The position numbers and the translations under genes were made by a program. From the NCBI GenBank assembly GCA_010909165.1, contig VJWM01000025.1:2852001-2916000 (forward strand): 64,000 nucleotides of DNA, read 5' to 3'. Below the pieces are notes generated by a model. The model was given only the letters and a program-made list of their open reading frames with translations, was not told the DNA's origin and made no database searches. Source of the DNA: Anthoceros angustus (lineage: Eukaryota; Plantae; Anthocerotophyta). Positions 22,150-32,944 of this stretch are shown here, piece by piece. The number at the start of each line of letters is the position of its first letter. The first letter of the stretch is position 1.

Positions 22150-25100
22150 TCCTTGAAAGGAAAGAAACCGTTCTCCTTAGCGAACATGATGACCCTCCTC
22201 CATGTTGCAGCACTAGGACTCGCTTGCCTCCTGAACAGTGGCATGAACCTAGATATGCTTCTATCGACTACAAATCCTCATCTTGTACAGTGGATCCTAC
22301 ACAAGTTCGGATGTTCACCTCCACCCCCATGCATGAAGAATCGACCTCTCTTCCACAAGCCTATCAAGGTCCTCAGTCCTCAGTAGAAGATCGCAGTGGA
22401 GGATGAATATCAAAGCCTGATAAAGAACAAGACTTGGGAGTTAGTCGATCTCCCCCAGGGCAGGAAACCTATCTCGTGCAAGTGGGTATTCAAAATTAAA
22501 CTTAATGCACAAGGAGAGATAGCCAAATACAAGGCCTGACTTGTGGCTCGCGGCTTCACCCAAGTCGAAGGACTAGATTACCAGGAAACGTTTTCTCCTA
22601 TTGTACCAGCTCAATCCATTCGGATCATTCTAGCCATTGCCACTGAACTCGACTTGGAGCTTCACCAGATGGATGTCTGTACTGCATTTCTCTATGGTAC
22701 TCTTGATGAAGACCTGTACAAGGAGCAACCAGAGGGTTATGTTGATAAAAGATACCCTAATAAAGTACTGAAGCTGCTCAAGTGTATTTACGGACTTAAA
22801 CAAAGTGGTAGGGTTTGGTACTTTACCATGCATGTATACTTACTCAGCATACCTTTCGTACAGAGCACTACAGACAGTAACGTCTATCGACTCACGAGAG
22901 GAAAGGAATTCGTCATCCTTGCTCTCTACATCGATGATGTCATCCTCGCAGCTACCAGTGAGCACATGTTATCAGAAGTCAAGCTCATGGTAAGCTCAAA
23001 GTTCGGTAAGAAAGATATCAGCAAGTTACGCTTCTGTCTAGGGATACAAATACTAAGGATCAGATCCGAAGGACTTATGATAATCCATCAATACAAGTAC
23101 ATAAATGACACACTGAAAAAGTTTAGATTGGATCAGGCAAGACCAGCTACTACTCCCTACGAAGTTGGAGTTAAACTCACCAGTAAGCAATGCGCTACAA
23201 CTGCTGAGGAGATCCAGGATATGTAAGAAGTGCCCTACAGATACGCAGTGGGCAGCCTATTCTTTGGGGCAAACTGGACAAGACCAGGTATCCAATACTC
23301 GGCATCCACAGTGTCATAGTTCCTAGAACGACCTGGAAGAAGCCATTGGTCAGCCGTCATGCGCATATTTCGGTATCTGAAAGGGACTATGACGTATGGA
23401 CTCTTCTATAAGAGCAGTGGATACAAAAAGTTGGTACTTACAGGGTTTACACACGCCGACTGGGCATTAGACTCTGATTCTCAAAAGAGCCTGAGTACTT
23501 ACTGTCTTCTCCTTGCTAGTGCCACTGTCAAATGGAGCTGCAAGAAGCAGTCCTCTATCGCTCTCTCTTCAACAGAGGCCGAATACAAATCCCTTACGGA
23601 CGCATCTAAAGAAGTTGAGTGGGAACGAAGCTTTCTGAATGATTTGGGCTAGCCACAAGATACCCCCACCTCTCTGTTATGTAACAACATGTTCGCCCTG
23701 GCCCTGGTAGCCAACCCTAAATTCCATGCCAGGACGAAGCACATAGAGATACAACACCACTATATCAGGGATGTCGTGGAAAGAGGTGTTATAAAGGTAG
23801 GTTACGTTGGAATAGATGACAACATAGCCGACATCCTGACAAAGGGCCTACTCAAGCAAAAGCACTTTCAACACATGATAAGTCTGGGATTAGACGACAT
23901 TTCAACGTATTTTGAGCAACCTGCAAAACCTTAGGCCAGCTACTTATCTGGATGTGTGGGGTGGGACTGTTAAGTCCCGATTTGGTTGCCTGAGCAACCA
24001 GTTTGGAGATGAAGAGCCACGAGTGTTTCCTCATCCCCTGCAGCCAAATTCCCTGTTTGAGCGTTGAAGACTTTGGTTAGTTATGCTGTGCAAACAGGGA
24101 GGAGAAAATAAAAAGGAACATGCAACTTAGTAGGGTTGGATGAAGCTTACCACAATATGGAATCAGCCCGCTCTTGTCCTCCTTCGCCTCATATTGCAGG
24201 CTTCACATCTCACTATTCGACTGGCAAGACACCTCAAAACCGCCAGTTCCACTGCAATTCTTTCCAGGTACGCCTTCAACCTAGCATTAATTGGAGATGC
24301 CAGCTCAAAATAGCGGAGGCCTATTTTCTCCTGAACTTCCCTTTCCTCTTTCGGAGCTTGGGCAGTTCCTGGGTAAAGCCTTGTGTGTGCTGGGAAGCTG
24401 TTCACTCGTCTAACCAGCTCACCTAGCGATGCACACCTCTCCCAAGGCAGAGGTGTCTCGTCCACCGTCTTCTTCGTGCGTCTTCTTTATTTTGACGTCC
24501 TCCAGCTGACAATCGTATGTTGTGCCTCTGCGCGTTCTCATGGTTGCGGTGTGGAGGCGCACAGCTTCGAAGTTCTAATGTGAGGAAGCCGAGAGATGGT
24601 GGCGAGAAGGAGCGTAATGGAGAAGGTGTCCATGGCCAACGTTAAGAGCTATGCTTGGGAGTTAGTCGATCTCCCCAGGCGAAACCTATCTCGTGCAAGT
24701 GGGTATTCAAAATTAAACTTAATGCACAAGGAGAGATAGCCAACATACAAGGCGACTTGTGGCTCAAGCTTCACCCAAGTCGAAGGACTAGATTACCAGG
24801 AAACGCTTTTCTCCTATTGTACCAGCTCAATCCATTGGATCATTCTAGCCATTGCCACGAACTCGACTTGGAGCTTCACCGGATGGATGTCTCACGCATT
24901 TCTCTATGGTACTCTTGATGAAGACACATATAAGGAGCAACCAGAGGGTTATGTTGATAAAAGATACCCTAATAAAATCAAGGCTCAAGTGTATTTCTGG
25001 ACTTAAACAAAGTGGTAGGGTTTGGTACTTTACCATGCATGTATACTTACTCGGATACCTTTAAATGACTCAGACGATGCGTCTATCGACTCACGAGGAA

Positions 25101-26958
25101 AGGAATTAATCATCCTTGCTCTCTACATCGATGATGTCATCCTCGCAGCTACCAGTGAGCACATGTTATCAGAAGTCAAGCTCATGGTAAGCTCAAAGTT
25201 CGGTAAGAAAGATATCAGCAAGTTACGCTTCTGTCTAGGGATACAAATACTAAGGATCAGATCCGAAGGACTTATGATAATCCATCAATACAAGTACATA
25301 AATGACACACTGAAAAAGTTTAGATTGGATCAGGCAAGACCAGCTACTACTCCCTACGAAGTTGGAGTTAAACTCACCAGTAAGCAATGCGCTACAACTT
25401 CTGAGGAGATCCAGGATATGTAAGAAGTGCCCTCTGAGATCGCAGCAAGGCAGCCTATTCTTTGGGGCAAAACCGACAAGACCAGTATCCAATACTCGGC
25501 ATCCACAAAGGTCATAGTTCCTAGAACGACTACAGAAGCCATTGGTCACCGTCATGCGCATATTTAGATCCAAGGACTATGACGATGGACTCTTCTATAA
25601 GAGCAAAGTGGATACAAAAGTTGGTACTTACGGGGTTTACACAGTGGATTAAGCATTAGACTCGATTCTCAAAAGAGCCGAGTACTTCATCTTCTCCCTA
25701 GCTGCCTTGTCAAATGGAGTCGCAAGAAGCAGTCCTCTATCGCTCTCTCTTCAACAGAGGCGAATACAAATCCCTTTAACTTACCCAAAGTTAGTTGGAG
25801 GGGAAGGCTCTTGATTTGGCTAGCTACAAGAAATCCCCACCTCTCTGCATGTACAAGGCTTCTTGCCTGCACGTAGCCAACCCTAAATTCCATGTGATTT
25901 GCTATTATAGATACAACACCACTATATCGTGGATGTCGTGGAAAGAGGTGTTATAAAGGTAGGTTACGTTGGAATAGATGACAACATAGCCGACATCCTG
26001 ACAAAGGGCCTACTCAAGCAAAAGCACTTTCAACACATGATAAGTCTGGGATTAGACGACATTTCAACGTATTTTGAGCAACCTGCAAAACCTTAGCCAG
26101 CTACTTATCTCGGATGTGTGGGTGGACTGTTAAGTCCGATTTGGTTGCTGAGCAACCGGCTAAGAGATGAAGAGCCACGAGTGTTTCCTCATCCCCTGCA
26201 GCCAAATTCCCTGTTTGAGCGTTGAAGACTTTGGTTAGTTATGCTGTGCAAACAGGGAGGAGAAAATAAAAAGGAACATGCAACTTAGTAGGGTTGGATG
26301 AAGCTTACCACAATATGGAATCAGCCCGCTCTTGTCCTCCTTCGCCTCATATTGCAGGCTTCACATCTCGCTGCTCATTCGACGGCAGCGGCACACCTCC
26401 AGCAGCCAGCAAAAGTTCCAATTCTGCAATTCTTTCCAGGGCTGCCTTCAACCTAGCAGCCAGAATTGGAGATGCCAGCTCAAAATAGCGGAGGCCTATT
26501 TTCTCCTGAACTTCCCTTTCCTCTTCGAGCTTGGCGGTTCGGTAAAGCCTTGTGTGTCTTGGGAAGGCTCACTGCCTAACCACTCACCTAGCGATGCACA
26601 CCTCTCCTTGCGTAGGTGTCTCGCCCACCGTCTTCTTCGTGCGTCTTCTTTATTTTGACGTCCTCCAGCTGACAATCGTATGTTGTGCCTCTGCGCGTTC
26701 TCATGGTTGCGGTGTGGAGGCGCACACTGAAGCTCAGAAGTTCTAATGTGAGGAAGCTGAGAGAGATGGTGGCGGCGAGAAGGAGCGTAATGGAGAAGGT
26801 GTCCATGGCCAACGTTAAGAGCTATGCTTGGGAGTGGTGCTGGTACACTTTGGAGCGTAGAAGTTCCCGGCAGTCTGAATGTCTTTTAAGTACACTTTAG
26901 CTTAACCTATAGGTGCTTTAAAGAGAGTGTTGAATATAAAGCAGACCCCTAGTTAACA
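22150..26958 (+). mobile_element. 5'-truncated Ty1/copia retrotransposon (RT, RNase H, PPT, 3' LTR), internally duplicated
   Basis: TWELVDLP..KPISCKWVFKIK, YKA*LVARGFTQ, QMDVCTAFLYG, LYIDDVI, SSTEAEY, RTKHIEIQHHYIRD, NIADILTKGL with in-frame stops. Purine-rich tract, then LTR TGTTAA (23968 and 26128) … TTAACA (26958). Confidence 0.92.
22433..26835. repeat. Tandem duplication of a 2.2-kb unit (22433-24653 and 24654-26826)
   Basis: The 9-mer CTTGGGAGT occurs at 22433, 24654 and 26827. Long near-identical stretches alternate with indel-rich patches. Confidence 0.93.
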
Positions 26959-27030
26959 ATAGCTGTTTAGGGTTAAGTGAAGCGTTATAAACATACGTAT
27001 AAAAGGCACATTACTATACATTTTTGACAT

Positions 27031-29063
27031 TCATATTTCTATTCCTACGTATAAGAGTTTCTTGTATGTTTGCTCCTCCCTCTCCCCAATCGAAATAAGC
27101 TTATCCCTAAATATATCTTGCCTAGACATCTCTAAAAGCTTATCATGATTAATGTGTCCAAGGCGAGAATGCCATAATAGGGAGTGACCTTTGCACAAAC
27201 TCCCTTTGTCAACCGCAGTTGCCATTGCGGGAGCTGAGGTCGAGGAAGCCGTGATCACTTGCGCGGCAGAGAAGACATAGAGGTCATGCCGCGGACGACC
27301 TCTTGCAACCAAATGACCAGGAGCAACAGATCTTGTGAGAAGGAAATGGCCTCTTCCGAATTCTAGCCTGAAGGTACTGTCCTTCACCAAGTGTCAGATG
27401 GAGATACGATTCTTCGCCATTTGTGGAACATGCAGCACATCACTTAAAAGAAGAACAGAACCATCTTCAAGAGTGAAAGTAATAGTGCCAGTGCCCGCAA
27501 TGGTAAGGCCGGAGTCATCGCCGAGAAGAATAAAACGTTGATCTTCGGCAGGAAGATGATCAGAAAACATATGGTGATGGCAACTTATAAGTGTGGAGGC
27601 AGGTGAGTCCAACAGCCAAGAGGTCTTCTATTCGAAAGCTACCAAGCAGACTGTGAGGGAAATGTCGGACTTCTTCTGCTTGGAGGTCGAGGTTGTATTG
27701 GCAGTCTTGGAAGGACGTCGAGGCTCGCCAGCTTTCTTCATGCGGCAGTCAGGCTCCCAGTGGCTTGGAATCTGGCACCAATTGCAAGTACCGGGCTTGC
27801 GGCCGAAACCACTAGGCTTGGAGAATGAAGGGTTGCGAGAAGAAGCCGGAGTAGGCACATGAAGGCCGTCATCGTGGAGGATGGTGCTGGATGCATTGGC
27901 GTTGACGACATTTGCTGCTAACGCTCTTTCACCACCATGCTTCAAAGTGCCGGCGTTAAATCTGGAAGCCTCCTCTTGTAGGAGAGCGCCGACAATTTTG
28001 GAGATGGAAATGTTGGGTGTTCGGCCAGCCTTTACCGCCTGATGAGCCTCTCGAAACGTGCTATACATGACCTTCCCGCTAGTGTCATCCTGATACTGTC
28101 GGAGAACCCAGAAGACAACATTATTCAGTACTTCAACTATCCAGACCTCTTGACTCGATGCTGACCACCTTCAAGGTGCTTGCCCCTTCATGGCAAGGCA
28201 GTGGTATGGGAAGCCATTGGCAGGAGACCTGGCTGCCTTGCCTGGTGTGGGGCAACTTTCGCTAACGGACTAGTCCGTTAGTTAGCAAGGTGCACACTTA
28301 TAACCTAATGTCGATGTAGTACTGGGGTTCGTTCCACGGGGAATGGACTCGTGCTTATTCTACCTAAGCTCCACAACTTGTTGCCTAAACAGACTTCAAC
28401 ATGTCGGGTCCGGCGGAAACCGCGAAACCTAGGCGGGTGCCACTTAGCAACTCGACGGACCGGACGCACAACCCACCAGACCTTCCTACAAAGCTTTGCT
28501 TAGGGTATCTCAAAACACCGTTTAAGGTTCGGTGGACCGGAATAGGTTTAGCGATGAGTTCCTCCATCAGTCTCCGTACCCTAGTGCCTCGGCGCACATA
28601 CCTCCGTAGCTCCGCATCTTCCACCCCACAACTCTCGACTCCATTTAACAGCAACCCCAATGCAAGGCACAGGCCGCAGTGTCGTCCTTCCTTCTTCTTT
28701 ACTCGCCCACAACTAGCATAGAGAACACCAACATGTCGACGTATTCACACCGGACCGCCTTTGCTCCTTCCGATTGCTTTGCATTCCGTGAGGTAGTGGC
28801 TTCTCAGCCTACAAACCCACAGCCTCTAGGGATGGCTTCCACACGGAGGGATCACTCCTAAGCGCCTCTTTATCTTTTCGACTGCTTCACGTTCCGCGAC
28901 GTAGTGACTTCGCAGCCTACAACCCCATGGCCTCCGTTCCAGCAGCCACCAAGGTTGGCCTCGCGCCGAGGGATCACTCTTGAGCACCCTCCTGAGCTCA
29001 AGTCCGATCCTGGTCTGCACCCACCAAGCGTGTTAACGGAGCTCATCACTAGAGCTCTCGACA
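27031..29063 (-). mobile_element. 3'-truncated Ty1/copia element: 5' LTR, PBS, deleted gag, protease, GAG-pre-integrase
   Basis: LTR 28309-29063 bounded by TGTCGA…TCGACA. PBS-like GGTTAT just inside. Zinc knuckle CNWCQIPSHWEPDC, protease-like DSPASTLISCHHHMF, LWHSRLGH motif. Confidence 0.8.
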
Positions 29064-30019
29064 CATCCGCCTACCCCAATTAATCCTGCAAGGTGACGCA
29101 GGAACACACTCTGCTCCTCGGCAAGAGGAGCAGAGCACACAAAGTGCGAGGTTGGCACAAGGGATATCTCTTGGTCTTGGGTGCTTAGGCCTGCTCATAT
29201 ACCCCCACACCCTAATCTAACCCGCCTATATTTGTACCCTAACTCTAGGCTGTTGCAACCGCTAGGTCGTAACTCGTCATTTCGCTGGCCTTCTTCCATC
29301 GTCCCGCACCCCCGCCAGGCAGCAGATCCGTTACCGGACTACACCGCCCGGCTGGACCATCTCGCGAAGCCATTCCCCGTAGGACCGACTGTGTCGAGGC
29401 ATACTTCAACGGACTTACTTCGGCAAACCTCCCTGCAGATCATATCTCCCCCTCGCCGGATTACCCTATCTCGACGGACGAGTCCAGCACTCGCTAGACC
29501 TCTTCGGTCCCCAACGGACCGAGGGTCTAGGGATTGCACTCTATGTGCAATTTGGCCAAAAATGGCCTTATTGGCTAACTCCTTCCTATCCCTATTAAAA
29601 AGTAACAACTCAAAAGAAACAAAACAAGCATAAAACAAGCCGCCGGGGTTATGAACATCGGATTTGGTACTCTACACCTGGGTATGCCCTCCCCCGTCTA
29701 CAAAAAACCAAGCTAAACACAGACCTTAATCATATGTGTTGTAAGTGGAGTGCACAAATTTTTGAGCAGCAGGTGGCGGACTCTGCTGACCTGAGGGTCT
29801 GCCTTTTTCTTAGGAAGAAGGGAAGGCAGGGAAATCAATTATGGATCCCGGACATCGAAAATTTGTGGCTATTCGTTGTGCCCTTAGGTTAAATATGTAA
29901 TAATTTACATTTAAATATATACTCTATATAGGTAATTGGAAAACCATAAGGACGAGACTTCGCATCCCTCGCCATTGTGTAGGAACATTCTTTTGGGCAC
30001 TTGATATGAATAAGCATCC

Positions 30020-30310
30020 ATAAATAATGACTAAAACTTTTAAATTTTAAATAAAATGGATTAATTTGTATTAATAATTAAATTATAACTATAACGTAAT
30101 AACTATTATAATTTTAGTATAAATTATTATAATTTAATTATAACTAAATATAGTTGTAACTATTATAGTTTAGATTAAATTATACTATTAAATTAAATAT
30201 AGGAAACCTATTTGTTTATAATTAAATTAAATATTAAGTTTTTCATAAAGTATTTAAAATTTTGATTTGGAATTTTGATTCTTTTTCAAATTTTGATTTT
30301 CTTTTTGTTC
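30020..30310. repeat. Extremely AT-rich low-complexity tract
   Basis: Almost exclusively A/T, with short ATTATAA/AATTAAAT-type reiterations. Confidence 0.8.
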
Positions 30311-30319
30311 TTGGGTTCC

Positions 30320-31480
30320 TAAGAGATGTCCAAACATTGGGAAGCTAAGATTCTGTGGCAGATCTGCCACAGTCTGGTGATCGTAGTCTGCGAGTGAGAG
30401 AAAAGATCGAGACATGATGAGCGTTCTGTTCTTCCCAGGGTAACATACTGTCATCTCGTTCCTCGGCCGATAACAAACTTTGTAGAGTGCATTATCCAGA
30501 ATCTGTTCATGCCAAAGAGAATGCAACATGCCAGAGCTGTTGCTGTGCTAATTGGCTTACGTTCCTCAGGTTCGTGCCTGCCCAGGTACAAGGTTACCAA
30601 GTCCCCTGTGAAACGTTAACGGTGAGTCCGATTTGAGATTGTGGGAATGGTGTTTCAACAGCACACTTCATCCATGATTAGGGTATTCCGGGCAGTGATT
30701 CAGAGACCACAGAGTACGTGAATCTCATACATGCACTGCGGTTGCAGCGGCAGGCAGCAAACTTACACAGTCCTGGCTACTGCAACAGAAATTTACTCAA
30801 GCTCTCTACTTTCCTTTCCTTTCAATGTTGGCGAGCTGGCAGATTTCGAGGCAATCAACAGAAGTGTTGAGCGGCGGACAAGTCCACACTTCGAGCACGT
30901 ACACGATGTGTAAGATACTGGGTCACTGCACTGAACACTGTCCAACGCTTCACATGCTGTCACTTTGTTTCTGAGTGACTTACTGGCCTACACCTAACGC
31001 AGAGATGTTTTATACATGAACAACGTTCAGTGCTGACTAGCGTCCAACTCCCCAGTGCTGGGCTCTCAACAATCTGAGCCACCTTTCAGTTGTGCACTTC
31101 TGCAAATTACCTGGCTTGTCCAGATCTCCCAATTGAAGATGCTGCTCTCTTTGTGGACTACTTTACGTGAGGTACTGTCAAGGGTGTCGAAAAATTCACT
31201 CTGACTTTCTCTAACACCCCCTAGCTTGATGACTGTCCCAGACTGCCATAGTATGAAAGCAGGGCACATTCATCGTGATCAGCAGTAGATCAGCAACAGC
31301 TACTTCAAATCAATTCTGATTGCTGTCTCAAGAGGTCAGACCACAGTTAATGCCAGTTCCTTGTGTATCACGTTCCCCGGTCCGGGGAGCATGATGAGTC
31401 ATAGACGCCAGCCGAAGGCTTCCAAGCCGAGCCGGGCTTTTCCAATTACTTATTCGTGGGCTTGAGTTTCACCTTTCGAC
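30320..31480 (+). pseudogene. Scrambled partial copy of the PTP1 gene (homologous to about 2858-4440, introns included)
   Basis: Matching blocks include GGGAATGGTGTTTCAACAGCAC, GTGACTTACTRGCCTACACCTAA, GTTGTGCAC..TACCTGGCTT, TTCATCGTGATYAGCAGTA and GTTCCC..GTCCGGGGA. The WPD loop and HCSAG catalytic motif are destroyed. Confidence 0.8.
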
Positions 31481-31591
31481 ATGAGCTACTTACTGGTAGC
31501 ACATGGTTCATTCAGTTTCTCCCTTGCAATCTACCGCAATGCATTCTTCTTCAGCCTGGATGGTGATGAGGGTCCAACATAGTTTTTTTTC

Positions 31592-32944
31592 TCAATCCAT
31601 ATAGCGAAGACCTTGGGGTTCGTAATCAGTAGGATCCCAATCTGGCGGAAAGTTGGATTCGCCATTTCCATACCCATCTTCACCATCCGCACCATCCCCA
31701 CCACCCTCAGCATCACCACTATCATCGAAATCAAGACTATCATCAAAATCACGACTATCATCAAAATCACGACTATCATTATAATCACCACCATCATCAG
31801 AATCACCACTATCACCACTATCAAAATGGCTATCAAGCTCCCGTAGCAGCCTTCTAACATGCAGCAAATCGCCCAGCCACCAGATTATCACTTCACGTAC
31901 TTGATTCTTACTTCCATTGATTCTTTGGAGTAAAGGTACCCACAAGGCATCGCTAGGTTGTGGGTGATCAAGGAGAAGACATAATCCACATACGGGACAT
32001 ATATCATCATCCTCATCAATCATCTCATACAAACATACAAAATGAAAGGAGTGACCACATGAAAGCAATAACCAATAACTACATGCCAATGGAATTTTAC
32101 AGTGAAAGCAAATTTGTTGTAGTTCTAAGTATGAGTACGTCTTAGATCTTCTAAATTCTTCCCATATATTATTAGGTGAGTCACAAGCTGTTACTACAAG
32201 AGTGTTCAACTCGGCATCCCTATTTATTACAAAGAGCATATATGTGTGGGCCCACATAATCAATTGTTCTACCTCTAAGGAGTTTTCATGAAGGGGTAGA
32301 TATCTCAAGTCCTCTCGACTGATAAATGGGCGAACCTTAAAAATACTTTTCCATGTTAAAGGATCTTGAGTGTGAATTTGTAAACCACACTCTCTTTTGG
32401 GACAATGGATGTTAGGCAGTTCAGTATAATTCAGCGTCCAAATGTAATTAGACATGCACATCACATGAAAAGCATGTCTGCAAGGATCTAATCTACACCA
32501 AAAGCCAGGGGAAAATGTTTGGTCACAAAGTGTACATAAATCTCTTTGTTCATCAATTGGATTTGATAATTCATTAAGAGCTATTTGTTTATCTGCTAAT
32601 TCTATTTTGTTTCGTGCAAGAATGGCTTTTTCCCTATGATTTTCAAGCAAATTATTCAATGCATTGTCTACTTCAATATTAGTAACTTCTTTTTTATTTT
32701 TTGGGTCATGGACTTGTGGAGGAGATCCATCTAATGTCCAAACACTTCGACAAGTTGGACATTGCTTTTTAAAGGGTGGATCTAGATTATTCATGTCATC
32801 CTCTTTAATAGTGCTATAAAACCAGTTTGCCACACAAGATGCATGAATACTATGATTACAAGGGTGCAAATACACCCATGGTTCGTTTACAAGTACTTCT
32901 GAACAAAGAATACAATCGTCATTGTTCTCATCTGCTAGGTCCAT
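31592..32944 (-). CDS. Intronless triple RING-H2 protein (450 aa), paralog of 19499-20815, with D/G-rich repetitive tail
   Basis: All 24 zinc ligands conserved: CILC..CNHSIHASC..CPTC; CTLC..CRHAFHVMC..CPKREC; CFHC..CGHSFHFVC..CPVC. Same N-terminus MDLxDENNDDCILC. ORF is uninterrupted. Confidence 0.85.
   Translation of the reverse strand: MDLADENNDDCILCSEVLVNEPWVYLHPCNHSIHASCVANWFYSTIKEDDMNNLDPPFKKQCPTCRSVWTLDGSPPQVHDPKNKKEVTNIEVDNALNNLLENHREKAILARNKIELADKQIALNELSNPIDEQRDLCTLCDQTFSPGFWCRLDPCRHAFHVMCMSNYIWTLNYTELPNIHCPKRECGLQIHTQDPLTWKSIFKVRPFISREDLRYLPLHENSLEVEQLIMWAHTYMLFVINRDAELNTLVVTACDSPNNIWEEFRRSKTYSYLELQQICFHCKIPLACSYWLLLSCGHSFHFVCLYEMIDEDDDICPVCGLCLLLDHPQPSDALWVPLLQRINGSKNQVREVIIWWLGDLLHVRRLLRELDSHFDSGDSGDSDDGGDYNDSRDFDDSRDFDDSLDFDDSGDAEGGGDGADGEDGYGNGESNFPPDWDPTDYEPQGLRYMD

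Noticed and set aside
31531-31860. Ile/Val/Thr-rich ORFs that look like membrane proteins
   Set aside because: They are alternate-frame or antisense shadows of the Asp-rich repeat tail of RING gene 2.
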